From NCBI GenBank assembly GCA_964291215.2, contig OZ219791.1:1504001-1568000 (forward strand): a stretch of DNA of 64,000 nucleotides, in the 5' to 3' direction. A program made the position numbers and the translations under genes. The notes under the pieces were generated by a model. It did no database searches. It had not been told where the DNA came from and saw nothing but the letters and a program-made list of their open reading frames with translations. The stretch is from Alphaproteobacteria bacterium (lineage in GTDB: Bacteria; Pseudomonadota; Alphaproteobacteria; MPNO01; UBA830). This document shows, piece by piece, positions 1 to 11,002 of this stretch. Position 1 is the stretch's first letter. Each line of letters opens with the position of its first letter.

Positions 1-760
1 CATCGACCGGGAGGCGACGGCCTCCGCTCTCGGCTTCGACCGTCCCACTGCGAACTCGCTCGATTCGGTATCGGACCGCGACTTCGTCCTCGAGTTCCTT
101 GCAGCAGCGACGATATGCGCGGGGCACCTTTCGCGCCTTGGCGAAGAACTCGTGATCTGGTCATCCGCCCAGTTCGGTTTCGCGCGCCTTTCGGATGCCT
201 TTTCAACCGGAAGTTCCATGATGCCGCAGAAACGGAATCCCGACGCGGCCGAGCTGATCCGCGGCAAGTCCGGACGCATCCTTGGCGCCTTCGTGACCGT
301 GTTCACTGTCATGAAGGGGCTGCCGCTCGCCTATTCCAAGGATATGCAGGAAGACAAGGAGCCCGTCTTCGATGCCACGGAGACGCTGACCGTCTGCCTT
401 CAGGTTGCCGCCGCGATGGTTGCTGATCTCAGTTTCGACCGCGACCGGCTCAGCGCGGCTGCCGGGGCGGACAACACGGTAGCAACCGACCTGGCGGACT
501 GGCTGGTCCGCGAAGGCGGGGTGCCGTTTCGCGACTCACACGCCATTGCCGGCCGCGCAGTGGCGCTGGCCGAAGCGAGGGGATGCAGCCTCGGAGACCT
601 GCCGCTCGAGGATTTGCAGACAGTCGATGACCGGATAACTGAGGGTGTCTCCGACGTGCTGACCGTGGACAGGTCGGTCACGAGCCGGACGAGCCATGGC
701 GGCACGGCGCCCGACAACGTGCGCGCACAGGTCGCGGCAGCGCGGGAGCGGTTCCTGTGA
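1..760 (+). CDS. argH: argininosuccinate lyase (5' partial)
   Basis: Frame open from window start ([28 protein letters not shown]); fumarase-family signature [11 protein letters not shown]; [16 protein letters not shown]. Confidence 0.97.
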   Translation, partial: IDREATASALGFDRPTANSLDSVSDRDFVLEFLAAATICAGHLSRLGEELVIWSSAQFGFARLSDAFSTGSSMMPQKRNPDAAELIRGKSGRILGAFVTVFTVMKGLPLAYSKDMQEDKEPVFDATETLTVCLQVAAAMVADLSFDRDRLSAAAGADNTVATDLADWLVREGGVPFRDSHAIAGRAVALAEARGCSLGDLPLEDLQTVDDRITEGVSDVLTVDRSVTSRTSHGGTAPDNVRAQVAAARERFL

Positions 761-903
761 CGCGGCCGCCGAGGGTCCTGCTGATCCTGCTTGCAGCGGC
801 GCTCCTCGCAGCGCAGGCCGCCTGCGGCAAGAGGCCGTCCGAGTTGAAGCACCCGGACGAAAGAGAGGCAACCTATCCGCGAACCTACCCGGCGCCGCGG
901 TGA
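757..903 (+). CDS. small lipoprotein, LptM/YifL-like (48 aa, absent from ORF track)
   Basis: GTG overlaps argH stop (GTGA); [30 protein letters not shown]...YPRTYPAPR has a hydrophobic signal and lipobox Cys followed by GK; usual position between argH and lysA. Confidence 0.75.
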   Translation: MTRPPRVLLILLAAALLAAQAACGKRPSELKHPDEREATYPRTYPAPR

Positions 904-916
904 CCGCACCATCGGC

Positions 917-2191
917 ATGAGCGGGTTCACATACCGCGGCGGCGTTCTCTGTGCTGACGGACTGGCGATTCCGGACATCGCCGAGGATGTCGGAACACCG
1001 TTCTACTGCTATTCAGCGAACCTGATGAGCGAGGCCTATATCGAGTTCGCGGCGGCGCTCGACGGCCTGCCCGCGGAGATCTGCTACGCCGTCAAGGCCA
1101 ACGACAATCAGGCCGTGATCTCGCTCTTCGCAGGGCTTGGCGCTGGCGCTGACGTGGTCTCGGAAGGCGAACTGCGCCGCGCGCTTGCCGCCGGCATCCC
1201 GGCCGCACGGATCGTGTTTTCGGGAGTGGGCAAGACATCGGCCGAAATCACCGCAGCGCTCAAGGCGGGATGCGGCCAGTTCAATGTCGAATCCGAGGCC
1301 GAACTCGATACCTTGGCGGAACTCGCGGCATCCGGAGACCGGCTGGCCAGCGTCGCAATCCGCGTCAATCCCGACGTCGACGCCGACACCCATCACAAGA
1401 TCTCGACCGGCCGTGCAGGCGACAAGTTTGGCATCGAGTCGGAACGGGTCCCGGAAATCTACCGCCGCGCTCGCGATCTGCCGGGCATCGAGCCCGTCGG
1501 CCTTGCCGTGCATATCGGATCGCAACTCACGAAACTTGACCCGTTCCGCGTTGCCTTCAGGCAACTCGCGCTGATGGTTTTGAGGCTCCGCCATGACGGT
1601 TTCGCCGTCGAGCGCCTTGATCTCGGCGGCGGCTTGGGCGTCGTCTACCGCAACGAGGCGTGCCCGCCCCTGACCGACTACGCGGCGCTGGCCCGCGAGA
1701 TCTTCGCGCCGCTCGACGTATCGCTGACCTTCGAGCCGGGGCGACGCCTGACCGCCGAGGCCGGCATCCTCGTCAGCCGCGTCATCCGGACCAAGGAGAG
1801 CGGAGGCCGCCGTTTTGCGATTGTCGACGCGGCAATGAACGATCTCATCCGGCCGACGCTCTACGACGCCTGGCACGACATCCATCCCGTGCAGGAACCC
1901 GATCCGCGCGCCGAAACCACATCTCTCGATATCGTCGGCCCGGTCTGCGAGACCGGAGACGTGATGGCCACCGGCCGCACGCTACCGCCCCTGCAAGCGG
2001 GGGACCTCATAGCCATCCGGTCGGCAGGCGCCTACGGCGCGGTCATGTCGTCCGCCTACAACTGCCGGCTTCCGGCACCCGAAGTGATGGTCGACGGTGA
2101 CAGGCTTGCTGTGATCCGACCGCGAATCTGCTATACTGACCTGATATCGGCGGATCGGGTTCCCGACTGGGTTATCAGACACCGGGCCTGA
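917..2191 (+). CDS. lysA: diaminopimelate decarboxylase
   Basis: YAVKAN PLP lysine, HIGSQ, EPGR and GPVCETGD motifs. Confidence 0.97.
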   Translation: MSGFTYRGGVLCADGLAIPDIAEDVGTPFYCYSANLMSEAYIEFAAALDGLPAEICYAVKANDNQAVISLFAGLGAGADVVSEGELRRALAAGIPAARIVFSGVGKTSAEITAALKAGCGQFNVESEAELDTLAELAASGDRLASVAIRVNPDVDADTHHKISTGRAGDKFGIESERVPEIYRRARDLPGIEPVGLAVHIGSQLTKLDPFRVAFRQLALMVLRLRHDGFAVERLDLGGGLGVVYRNEACPPLTDYAALAREIFAPLDVSLTFEPGRRLTAEAGILVSRVIRTKESGGRRFAIVDAAMNDLIRPTLYDAWHDIHPVQEPDPRAETTSLDIVGPVCETGDVMATGRTLPPLQAGDLIAIRSAGAYGAVMSSAYNCRLPAPEVMVDGDRLAVIRPRICYTDLISADRVPDWVIRHRA

Positions 2192-2215
2192 CCGGCGATT
2201 TCGGGGAGTGGCGCG

Positions 2216-4735
2216 ATGAACACTCCAGTAGAAAGCAACAGCAAGGCCCCCGCTCGCCCGCGCTCAGCGCGGGTTGGCAGCCGCCTGCTTCTGGCCCGCT
2301 TCGTCCTGGCCTGGGAGAAGATCTGGCAAGCCGTATGGCCGCCCGGCGCGGTCGCCGCTGCCTTCGTTGCCGTTGCGCTTCTCGACGGCTTCTCGTACGT
2401 TCCTGGCTGGTTGCACCTGCTCGCATTGCTGGCGTTTGCAAGTGCCGCCGCATATGCGGCGGTGCGCAGTGTGCGCGGATTCACATGGCCGAGCCGGCAT
2501 CACGCGATGCGCCGCGTGGAGCGTGTCAGCAATCTCGAGAACCGGCCGCTGGAGGCGCTTGAGGACCGGCTGCCGGAGCAGCAACACAGCCCGGAGGCCG
2601 AGATCCTCTGGAATGCCCACCGCGAACAGATGGCACGGCAACTCGGCCAACTTCGCGTCGGCATACCGGCGCCAGGACTGGCAACGCGCGATCCGTGGGC
2701 CGTGCGCGTCGCGCTTGGAGTGATGGTGTTTGTTGGTCTCGCCGTCGCCGGACCGGATGCCGGGCCAAGGCTGGAACGTGCGCTGGCGCCATCGATCAGC
2801 CTCGACGACCGCTCGCTCGAAGCTAAGCTTGAACTCTGGATAACGCCCCCCGCGCATACCCGCCTCGCTCCGGTCTTCCCGTTGCGGGCGGCGGAGGCGA
2901 ATGGCGGCAAGGCTTCCGGGGTCAACGCTACCGCTGCGCCGGATACCAGTCTGCCGTCACCGCCCGAGATCGCCGTCCCCACCGGCAGCGTGCTGACGGC
3001 CACGGTCACTGGCGGGCGCGGCGACGCCGTACTCGATCTGGGCGGAACCAGAGTCCCGTTCGCCACCTCGGGACCGGACAACCGGAAGGTGACGAGAACC
3101 CTCACCAAAGACGGCTTCCTCTCGGTTCTGCTCGACGGCAAGCCTCTCGGCTCATGGACGATCCGCAGCATTCCCGATACGCCGCCCCGCATCGCATTTG
3201 CCGAACCCTCGAAACCCTTCGAGCGCGGAACCCTGCGCATCTCCTACAAGGGCGAGGATGATTACGGCATCACGGAGATCCGTGGCGAAATGCGACGCAC
3301 CTATGAACGGGGCACAGTGATCGGAAAGGAAGTCTCGCACCTGGAGCTCGCCGCACCGCCTGCCGATGCCCGGGAATTCTCGGAGGTCAGCTTTCACGAC
3401 TTTGCTCCGCATCCGTGGGCCGGACTGCCAGTCGTCATCCGTCTCTTCGCCACCGACGCAGCAGGGCAGCGGGGAAATTCGGACGAAGTGATGCTGATGC
3501 TGCCGGAGCGCGAGTTTCGAAAGCCGGTTGCGAAGGAAATCATCGCCGAGCGGCGACGACTGACGACGACGCCCGAAAGGCGCCCGGAAATTATCTCCAA
3601 TATCGGCAGGATCGCGTCGCAACCGAATGCCTACGAGAACGACGGCGTCGTCTTCATGGGCCTTTCCTTTGCGCGTTCGCGTCTGACCCACGAAGAAGGG
3701 GACACCGCCATTCCACCGGTGCGCGACCTTCTCTGGGACACGGCGCTCAGGGTTGAGGACGGCAAACTCTCACATACCGAGCAGGAACTCCTGCAGGCGC
3801 AGGAAGCATTGCGCGAAGCCCTGGCGCGCAACGCTCCCGACGCCGAACTTGAACGCCTGATGCGCGATCTCCGGCGTGCGCTCAACGACTATCTGCGCGA
3901 ACTCAGCCGTCGTCTTGCAGAGATGCCGCCCAACCAGGACGCCATGCTCCTCGATCCCGGGCGAATGATACAGACCCGCGACCTGCAGGAAATGCTGCGC
4001 CGCATCGAGCAGATGATGCGGTCCGGGGCGCGCGACGCGGCCGCGCAGATGCTGGCTCAGCTCCGACAGATGCTTGAGAACCTGCGGAACGCGCGCCTGG
4101 TACCGCTGAACCCCGACGGCGCGGCCGGCAACCGGGCCTTCCGCCAGCTGCAGGAGATGATCCGCAGGCAGGGCCGCCTGATGGACCGCACGTTCCAGCA
4201 ATCCCAGCAGTCCGGTTCCGGACTCCGCGACCGGATCCGGGACGGGCTCAACGAACAGCAGGCGTTGCAGGAAATGCTGCGCCGATTCCGGCAGCTGCTG
4301 GGAGGCAACATGCCGCCGGATGGCCCGGCATCCGGAGCGCTCGACCAGGCCGGACAGGCGATGGGAGAGGCAGCCCGCGCGCTTGGACAGGGGCAGCCGG
4401 GACAGGCTGTCGGCCCGCAGGGACAGGCGATGGAGGCCCTGCGTCGCGCCGGGCAGGGGATGATGCAACAGATGATGAACAGGACCGGGCAGAACGGCAT
4501 GGGCATGCCACAGGGTTTCGGGCTGTTCAATCCCCTCGACATGATGCGCGACCCGCTCGGGCGCGAATGGGAAGAGGGAGAGGGCTCGACCGACATCAGG
4601 CGCGTCAACATTCCGAGCCAGGGGACGATGAAGAGGACTCGCGAGATCATCGAGGAATTGCGCAAGCGCGCCGGACAGCGTCACCGCCCGTCGGATGAGC
4701 TCGACTACATCAACCGGCTGCTTGAGCGTTTCTGA
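2216..4735 (+). CDS. TIGR02302/DUF4175 family membrane-anchored coiled-coil protein
   Basis: N-terminal TM helices, Q/G/M-rich coiled-coil C-terminus with RDPLGR and ELDYINRLL; typical position after lysA in Alphaproteobacteria. Confidence 0.85.
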   Translation: MNTPVESNSKAPARPRSARVGSRLLLARFVLAWEKIWQAVWPPGAVAAAFVAVALLDGFSYVPGWLHLLALLAFASAAAYAAVRSVRGFTWPSRHHAMRRVERVSNLENRPLEALEDRLPEQQHSPEAEILWNAHREQMARQLGQLRVGIPAPGLATRDPWAVRVALGVMVFVGLAVAGPDAGPRLERALAPSISLDDRSLEAKLELWITPPAHTRLAPVFPLRAAEANGGKASGVNATAAPDTSLPSPPEIAVPTGSVLTATVTGGRGDAVLDLGGTRVPFATSGPDNRKVTRTLTKDGFLSVLLDGKPLGSWTIRSIPDTPPRIAFAEPSKPFERGTLRISYKGEDDYGITEIRGEMRRTYERGTVIGKEVSHLELAAPPADAREFSEVSFHDFAPHPWAGLPVVIRLFATDAAGQRGNSDEVMLMLPEREFRKPVAKEIIAERRRLTTTPERRPEIISNIGRIASQPNAYENDGVVFMGLSFARSRLTHEEGDTAIPPVRDLLWDTALRVEDGKLSHTEQELLQAQEALREALARNAPDAELERLMRDLRRALNDYLRELSRRLAEMPPNQDAMLLDPGRMIQTRDLQEMLRRIEQMMRSGARDAAAQMLAQLRQMLENLRNARLVPLNPDGAAGNRAFRQLQEMIRRQGRLMDRTFQQSQQSGSGLRDRIRDGLNEQQALQEMLRRFRQLLGGNMPPDGPASGALDQAGQAMGEAARALGQGQPGQAVGPQGQAMEALRRAGQGMMQQMMNRTGQNGMGMPQGFGLFNPLDMMRDPLGREWEEGEGSTDIRRVNIPSQGTMKRTREIIEELRKRAGQRHRPSDELDYINRLLERF

Positions 4736-4798
4736 CGCAGACGCTCCAGGCTGGGACCGAATTCGACTTCGGAGGATCAGCGCCGTCCGCGGCCGCTT

Positions 4799-5335
4799 TC
4801 AGAGCGATCGCACAGCGCCGATGTAAGGAAGGCTTCGGTAGCGGTGCGCGAGGTCGATGCCGTAACCGACCACGAAGACGTTCCCGACATCGAAGCCGAC
4901 GAAATCGGCGTCGACCCTGACCTCGCGCCGTTCACGCTTGTCGAGAAGAACACAGCTGTGCACGGCGGACGCGCCCTTGGCGGCGATCAGGTCTACAGCA
5001 AAGGCCAGAGTTCGGCCGGTGTCGAGAATATCGTCGACGACAAGCACAGTCTGGCCGCGCACCTCTTCCGACAGATCGCGGGTGAGTTGCACTTTGCGTG
5101 AACTCTCTGTCTCCGTGCCGTAGCTGGACAGGCTGATGAAATCGACCCGCGGCTGCATGCCGGATCGGTCGAGCGCCCGCAGGAGGTCCGCGGCAAAGAC
5201 GAAGCTGCCCTTGAGGACGACGACGATCAGGACATCCTCCGGCAGGCGGCCGGAAATCTCGGTGGCAAGTTCGTCGACCCGCTGAAATATGGTGTCGGCG
5301 TCGAAAACGACCTCGACGCCGGATTGGTTTGTCAT
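4799..5335 (-). CDS. hpt: hypoxanthine phosphoribosyltransferase
   Basis: VLKGSFVFAADL, VLVVDDILDTGRTL (PRPP loop), FVVGYGID. Confidence 0.95.
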   Translation of the reverse strand: MTNQSGVEVVFDADTIFQRVDELATEISGRLPEDVLIVVVLKGSFVFAADLLRALDRSGMQPRVDFISLSSYGTETESSRKVQLTRDLSEEVRGQTVLVVDDILDTGRTLAFAVDLIAAKGASAVHSCVLLDKRERREVRVDADFVGFDVGNVFVVGYGIDLAHRYRSLPYIGAVRSL

Positions 5336-5459
5336 GCCTGTACTCCCGCAGCCCGCCGCGCGAACCTCGCTGTACGCCGGTCGGGATGGAATCCGGCCGG
5401 TTGAATTGCGGGCCGGCGTCCCACCCCGCCCAAGTGCCGGAAGCGGATGCCGGCGGCAG

Positions 5460-5987
5460 CTATTCGGCAGCGGCCATCACGTTGCCGTCGGCGTCGAGGC
5501 TGAGCCCGGTCTCCTCGGCGCGCCGGAGAACGGATTCGGCCCAGTCCACGCGGCCGGCATCGGTGCCGCCGAGAATCGCCATCAGATAGCCATGGTCGTT
5601 GCCGATGTTGCGGAAACCGCGCATGACGCCAACCGGCACGGAAACCACGTCGAACTGGTCGAGCGTGACCTCGTTTTCGCCCTCGTTGCCCCAGAAGACC
5701 GCCCATCTGCCCGACATGGGAATGAACACCTCGACCGTCGAATGGGCGTGCAGAGCCGCGCCCTTTCCCGGCTCGGCGCCGACATAGGTAATGTTGAATC
5801 CCTCCACCGCCGAGATCGCGGGCTTGAGGTCGGGATCCTCGGTCACACCCTGGCCGATCACGTTGTAGATGTCGCGAATATGTTCGGGAATCCGGGTGTC
5901 GACGAACGCCTGCTTCGACGGTTTCAGCCCGTCGAACCGGGCGACCCTCTCCTCCATCTCCTGCATACTGACACTGACTTTCGCCAT
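5460..5987 (-). CDS. cupin domain protein
   Basis: GKGAALHAHSTVEVF and DVVSVPVGVMRGFRN cupin motifs; ATG at 5987 preceded by purine-rich RBS. Confidence 0.8.
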   Translation of the reverse strand: MAKVSVSMQEMEERVARFDGLKPSKQAFVDTRIPEHIRDIYNVIGQGVTEDPDLKPAISAVEGFNITYVGAEPGKGAALHAHSTVEVFIPMSGRWAVFWGNEGENEVTLDQFDVVSVPVGVMRGFRNIGNDHGYLMAILGGTDAGRVDWAESVLRRAEETGLSLDADGNVMAAAE

Positions 5988-6010
5988 CGTCTCTCTCCCT
6001 TTTCCGGCCG

Positions 6011-7309
6011 TCATCCCGCTCCAAGTCCGATATTGCGCCCGCCATAGCGGCGCAGGCGGAGATCGGCCTGTTCCTTGTGGCCCCAGAATTTCTCGATCGC
6101 ACAAAGCCGCGAACAGTAGTCGCCGACGACGACACTGGCCTTCTCGGTGCATTCCTGCCACGTGCATGTCTTGAGGAACTTCCCGACCCAGAGGCCGCCC
6201 GTGTAGCGCGCCGCGCCCTTGGTCGGCAGCGTGTGGTTGGTGCCGATGACCTTGTCGCCGTAAGAGACGTTGGTTTCGGGCCCGAGGAACAGCGCGCCGT
6301 AGTTGGTCATGCGCTCAAGGAAATAGCGCGGATTCTCTGTCAGCACTTCGACATGCTCGGCGGCGATTCGGTCCCCTTCCGCCACGGCCTCGTCGAGATC
6401 GTCGACGAGGATGATCTCACCGTAATCGCGCCACGCGACGCCGGCCACGTCGGCCGTTGGCAGTTGCGCGAGCTGGCGCTCGATCTCGGCCGGCAGGGCC
6501 TCGGCGAGGGCCGCGGAAGTGGTGACGAGGATCGCCGGCGAGGTCGGGCCGTGTTCGGCCTGTCCGAGGAGATCGGTCGCGATCACCTCGATGTCCGAAC
6601 TGTCGTCTGCGATCACGAGTATTTCCGTAGGACCGGCAAAGAGGTCGATGCCAACACGCCCGTAGAGCTGGCGCTTGGCCTCGGCGACATAGGCGTTCCC
6701 CGGCCCGACCAGCATGTCGACGGGCTCGACGGAATCGGTTCCAAGCGCCATCGCGCCGACGGCCTGTACGCCGCCGAGGAGGTATATCTCGTCGGCCCCG
6801 CCCAGATGCATCGCGGCGATGGTCTCGGCATGGGGCTTGCCGTCGGTCGGCGGCGTGCAGGTGATGATCCGCGGCACACCAGCCACCTGAGCAGTCACCA
6901 CGCTCATGTGCGCCGACGCTACCATGGGATAGCGCCCGCCGGGCACGTAGCAGCCGACCGAACCTACCGGGATGTTGCGGTGTCCTAGCCGCACGCCGGG
7001 CAGCGTCTCGACCTCGACGTCGACCAAGGCGTCGCGCTGGACCTGCGCGAAGTTCCGGACCTGGGCCTGGGCGAACTCGATATCGGCGATGGTGTCTGCC
7101 GGAACCGACGCCACGAGATCCAAAATCTGCTGGTCGGAGAGTCGAAAGCTCTCGGGTGCCCAGCGGTCGAACCGCTCGGAATATTCCCGCACCGCCTCGT
7201 CGCCGCGTGCCTCGATATCGGCGAGGATATCCTCGACCGTTCGCCGCACCCGCGCATCGGCTTCCTTCGATTCGTCCTCGCCGATGCGGGTTTTCAGATG
7301 TGTTGCCAT
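6011..7309 (-). CDS. histidinol dehydrogenase paralogue (HisD/HpsN-like NAD-dependent dehydrogenase)
   Basis: [44 protein letters not shown]; non-his context and YGDKVIG variant suggest the catabolic paralogue rather than biosynthetic HisD. Confidence 0.85.
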   Translation of the reverse strand: MATHLKTRIGEDESKEADARVRRTVEDILADIEARGDEAVREYSERFDRWAPESFRLSDQQILDLVASVPADTIADIEFAQAQVRNFAQVQRDALVDVEVETLPGVRLGHRNIPVGSVGCYVPGGRYPMVASAHMSVVTAQVAGVPRIITCTPPTDGKPHAETIAAMHLGGADEIYLLGGVQAVGAMALGTDSVEPVDMLVGPGNAYVAEAKRQLYGRVGIDLFAGPTEILVIADDSSDIEVIATDLLGQAEHGPTSPAILVTTSAALAEALPAEIERQLAQLPTADVAGVAWRDYGEIILVDDLDEAVAEGDRIAAEHVEVLTENPRYFLERMTNYGALFLGPETNVSYGDKVIGTNHTLPTKGAARYTGGLWVGKFLKTCTWQECTEKASVVVGDYCSRLCAIEKFWGHKEQADLRLRRYGGRNIGLGAG

Positions 7310-7349
7310 GCCTTCCGGTCTCCGGACCTCTATCAATTGATCAACCGCG

Positions 7350-8315
7350 CTACTTGATGGCGATCGGATTGATCGGCGATCCGACACCACCGGTGATCGG
7401 CAGCGGCGGCGCGCAGAAGAAGAACTCCCACACCTCGTCACCGGCGCAGTCGTCAGCCAGTTCGCCCATGACGAAGATCTCGCCCATGGTGATGCCGATC
7501 ATCGGAATCACCACCCAGTGCCAAGGCTGCTGGGCATCGTCGGTCTCGTTGGGCCGTACCTCGCACCCCCAGGTATCGCAACAGATGGCGGCAACTTCCT
7601 TGCCGTGAAGCCATTCGGCAGTATCAAACGAGAGCCCGGGCGCATCCCCGCCGGCATAGCCGCCCCAGCCGTTCTTCAGCCGTTCTTCCATCATGCCGGT
7701 GCGCACCAGCAGGAAATCGCCCCGCTTCACCTCTACCCCCTGGGCTTCGGCGCAGGCGTCGAGATCGTCCCGCGAAATTGCATCGCCTTCCTGTAGCGCC
7801 TCGACACCGACATGGCGCGCCATGTCGAGCAGCACGCCGCGGCCCACCATCCGGTCCTTGACTTTCTCGATGCCGTTTTTCTGAGCCCCGCCGGAATCGA
7901 CCAGCGCGGCGTCGTAGCCGTTCCACATCTTGTCGTCATAGAAGATGTGTCCGAGAGCGTCCCACTGCGTACCGCACTGGAGCGGCAGCGAAACCATGTC
8001 GTCGGCATAGCGGATTCCGCCAGCATCTTGGTTGCCGGCAACCGCGTCGGTGCCGGTAGCAAGCATGGTGTGGATCGGGTTGAACCGGCTGCCCCAGAGT
8101 CCAACCTGAGGCCCGTTGCTGTCGAAATTGAGCCCGAGCGAGAAGACCTTGCCCTTCCTGATCAGTCCGGCGGCCGTTATGACATCCGCCGGCTCGATAT
8201 AGTTCAGGGTTCCGGCTTCGTCGTCGGAGCCCCATTTGCCCCAGTTCTTGCATTTTTCCGCAGTCTCGCGGAGAAGTTTCATGTCTAACGTACCGTCGGT
8301 GTGCCTGTGGACCAT
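7350..8315 (-). CDS. cyclase family (kynurenine formamidase-like) metal hydrolase
   Basis: [51 protein letters not shown]. Confidence 0.88.
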   Translation of the reverse strand: MVHRHTDGTLDMKLLRETAEKCKNWGKWGSDDEAGTLNYIEPADVITAAGLIRKGKVFSLGLNFDSNGPQVGLWGSRFNPIHTMLATGTDAVAGNQDAGGIRYADDMVSLPLQCGTQWDALGHIFYDDKMWNGYDAALVDSGGAQKNGIEKVKDRMVGRGVLLDMARHVGVEALQEGDAISRDDLDACAEAQGVEVKRGDFLLVRTGMMEERLKNGWGGYAGGDAPGLSFDTAEWLHGKEVAAICCDTWGCEVRPNETDDAQQPWHWVVIPMIGITMGEIFVMGELADDCAGDEVWEFFFCAPPLPITGGVGSPINPIAIK

Positions 8316-8427
8316 CGCGCTGCTCCCTGTTCACATTGGCGTTTTCCGCTGCCGCTATATAGGTTGGTAAACACTCGGCATGTCAAGCTGCCGCGGCGGG
8401 CAGGAGACCGAGATAAGGGAGAAACCG

Positions 8428-9213
8428 ATGAACGAGAAGGCGGCGGCAGAGCGACAACTCTCCACCCCGGAAATGCGGCTCGACGGCAAGGTGGCGCTGG
8501 TGACCGGCGCCGGCCGCGGTCTGGGGCGGGCCTGCGCACTGGCGCTTGCGGGTGCCGGCGCCGAGGTTGTGGCGGTCAGCCGCACGGGCGACGAGCTCAA
8601 GGCGCTCGCCGACGAGATCGGCAACGACGGCGGGATCGCCCACGCTCTGGTCTGCGATATTACAAGCCGCAACCAAATCGAGGAAAAGATCGGCGGCCTT
8701 GAACGGGTCGATGTGCTCGTCAACAATGCCGGCACGAACGCGCCGGAGCCCTTCGTCGACGTGTCGGAGGAAAACTACGACCGCGTCATGGAGCTTAACG
8801 TTAAGTCACTCTTTGTCGTGTCTCAGATCGTTGCGCGCGGAATGATCCGCCGCGGCGAAGGCGGCTCGATCATTCACATGTCGTCGCAGATGGGCCATGT
8901 TGGCGCTCCGACGCGGACAGTCTACTGCACCTCTAAGCACGCGGTCGAAGGCCTTACCAAGGCCATGGGGGTTGAACTTGCGCCGCACGGGATCCGGGTC
9001 AACGCCATCGGCCCGACCTTCATCCTGACGCCAATGACGCGACCGTTCTTCGAGAACGGAGATTTCCGGGAAGATACGCTGGCGCGCATCCCGCTAGGCC
9101 GTCTCGGTGAACTCGAAGACATAATGGGGGCCATAGTGTTCCTTGCTTCGCCAGCCTCGGCGCTGATAACCGGTGCGTCGCTCACGATCGACGGCGGATG
9201 GACGGCATGGTGA
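8428..9213 (+). CDS. SDR family NAD(P)-dependent oxidoreductase (HpsO-like)
   Basis: TGAGRGLG, NNAG, SSQMGHVG, YCTSK catalytic motif, DGGWTA. Confidence 0.9.
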   Translation: MNEKAAAERQLSTPEMRLDGKVALVTGAGRGLGRACALALAGAGAEVVAVSRTGDELKALADEIGNDGGIAHALVCDITSRNQIEEKIGGLERVDVLVNNAGTNAPEPFVDVSEENYDRVMELNVKSLFVVSQIVARGMIRRGEGGSIIHMSSQMGHVGAPTRTVYCTSKHAVEGLTKAMGVELAPHGIRVNAIGPTFILTPMTRPFFENGDFREDTLARIPLGRLGELEDIMGAIVFLASPASALITGASLTIDGGWTAW

Positions 9214-9310
9214 CCGCTTGTCGGCGGCTGACAGAAACGCTTGAGATGCACGAACGTCGGCCTTGGCCCGGTCATGCGCCGCGATGCTGCGCACCGAGCG
9301 CCGACAAGAC

Positions 9311-9839
9311 GGGTGCAGTTCTCGTATGGCGCATCCAAATCATTGATTTAACACGGTTGTGCGGTTGCGAGGTAGCGGCGAAAACGGGTTTTCGTGACAA
9401 TCGCCCGTTTCGGGACAGGATTTTGTCACGACCCCCGCGGCATCGACAGGGTGATCCGGGCGCTGCGCCACCTTCGCGATACCGCGGCGCCAACGGGCCG
9501 ACATCGACAGGGAACTGTCCTTCTTCCGCAAGCATCGCCACCGCATGCGCTACCACGCGCTGAAGCAACCGGCTCGGGAATTGTCGAGGCGGCAAACAAG
9601 ACCCTCGTCACACAGCGCACGAAACGCTCCTGCATGCGCTGGCGCATCGTCGGCGGACAATCACCTTCCGCGCCCTGCTCGAATCCGGCCGCTTCGAGAG
9701 CACGTGGACGGCCATGATCGGTGCAGACGACGCACCAGCCAACGACAACATCAGCCCAAATCACACCCCGGCACTGGCCGCATGAGATGAACAAATGGTG
9801 GTACTGAGCCTGCAACTGTGCCATACGAGAGTCTCACCC
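9311..9839 (+). mobile_element. non-autonomous ISKra4-type derivative (MITE-like, 529 bp), copy 1
   Basis: TIRs GGGTGCAGTTCTCGTATGGC / GGGTGAGACTCTCGTATGGC (rc); perfect 8-bp TSD GACAAGAC (9303-9310, 9840-9847); retains transposase C-terminal GSGIVEAANKTLVTQR.KRS.MRW. Confidence 0.85.
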
Positions 9840-9851
9840 GACAAGACTTCG

Positions 9852-9976
9852 GTAAGCGTTCGGTCACGAGGTGGTCGTTGGTGATTGTCATCGGTTGAGG
9901 ATGCGTATTATCGGCAGATTGTCAGAAGGCTCGGAACCGACCAGAATCAGCCATTACTGTGTGACCGAACGCTTAC
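9852..9976. mobile_element. 125-bp MITE with IS66-like GTAA ends
   Basis: Perfect 16-bp TIR GTAAGCGTTCGGTCAC (9852-9867) / GTGACCGAACGCTTAC (9961-9976); only TTCG of a possible TSD is shared. Confidence 0.7.
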
Positions 9977-10136
9977 CTGATTCGGAGACACGAAATCCGA
10001 ATGCATTGGGGCTCGCGTCATTACAGATCGCCTCCTTGATCGTAATTTTCCGTGCCAAGAAGGCCTCATCGAGCCTTGGCGGCACGATGGCTGCGCAACG
10101 CAGACTGAGAAATCTCGCCAGTTGTCGCTGGATTAG
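9977..10136. mobile_element. 160-bp MITE-like repeat, copy A
   Basis: Imperfect TIR CTGATTCGGAGAC / GTCGCTGGATTAG; colinear with interrupted copy B (10350-10356 + 10695-10769 + 15205-15282). Confidence 0.65.
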
Positions 10137-10149
10137 CAGCGTGGGATCA

Positions 10150-10260
10150 CCGTGCGCAACCCGCGCCAGGCGATCACCGCGCTGGCGCAGGCCGGCGCGG
10201 CCGACAAGACCGTCTTCGTGTTCTCGGCCGACAACGCCCACAATGTCCTGCAACCCGGCG
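10150..10260 (+). pseudogene. fragment of S8 (subtilisin-like) serine peptidase
   Basis: QAITALAQAGAADKTVFVFSADNAHN resembles the V.AAGN oxyanion region; matching downstream part at 15290-15900. Confidence 0.45.
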
Positions 10261-10356
10261 GACTTCATAGACAATCCCGGTCTTTGCACTGGGGGCGGAT
10301 TGCCAGCCCGCGTCAATGTCCGATCGGTCAAGATCACGACGATCCCATGCTAATTC

Positions 10357-10688
10357 GTGCCTGCCCAAAAATGCACGACCGCGCGATTCTATTGGCGAAA
10401 TCGTGATATAGAGGGGACGAAGAATCCCGCTTTGGGACGGGAATTGACCGATCAGACCGGGAATCCGCCGGATTTTCGGAAAACTTCGCGAGAATTGCCA
10501 CGCGAAACGTTATCCGCCCGCAGCCGGAATTGGGCTAGGTTGCGCTGGATTCTCGGTTGGAAGGGCCCTGTGCCGCTGCGAATCGGCAGGAATCCCCCTG
10601 GAAACGGAGCACCCGGAGGCTCCGGGAGTGGATCAAACCCGAAATTTCGCCGGAGGGTCAGCCAAAACGGTCATTTCCGCGCAGGCAC
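10357..10688. mobile_element. 332-bp non-coding IS derivative (MITE), family unassigned
   Basis: TIR GTGCCTGCCCAAAAATG / GTGCCTGCGCGGAAATG (rc); 6-bp TSD TAATTC (10351-10356, 10689-10694). Confidence 0.75.
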
Positions 10689-11002
10689 TAATTCGGAGAC
10701 GCGAAATCCGAAAGCGTTGGGGCTCGCGTCATCGCAGCTCGCCTCCTTGATCGCAATTTTTGTGCCGAGGTATCTACTCACCCCTAGTTGGGTTCTGATT
10801 GGTCGTAGTGCTCGTTGATGATGTCTGCGTCTTTTCCGTCGAGGGCGATCTGGGTGGCGACGAGTGGATTGTAGCCGAGTGCGGCCATGGAGGTGAGGTA
10901 GCTTGGCACCATGCTTTTGCGTGGAGCGGAAGCATCCGGACACCTTGAGCTTTGCCATCCTGATCTTCTGTTCTCCGGCATTGTTGGTGAAGCTGACGTC
11001 GG

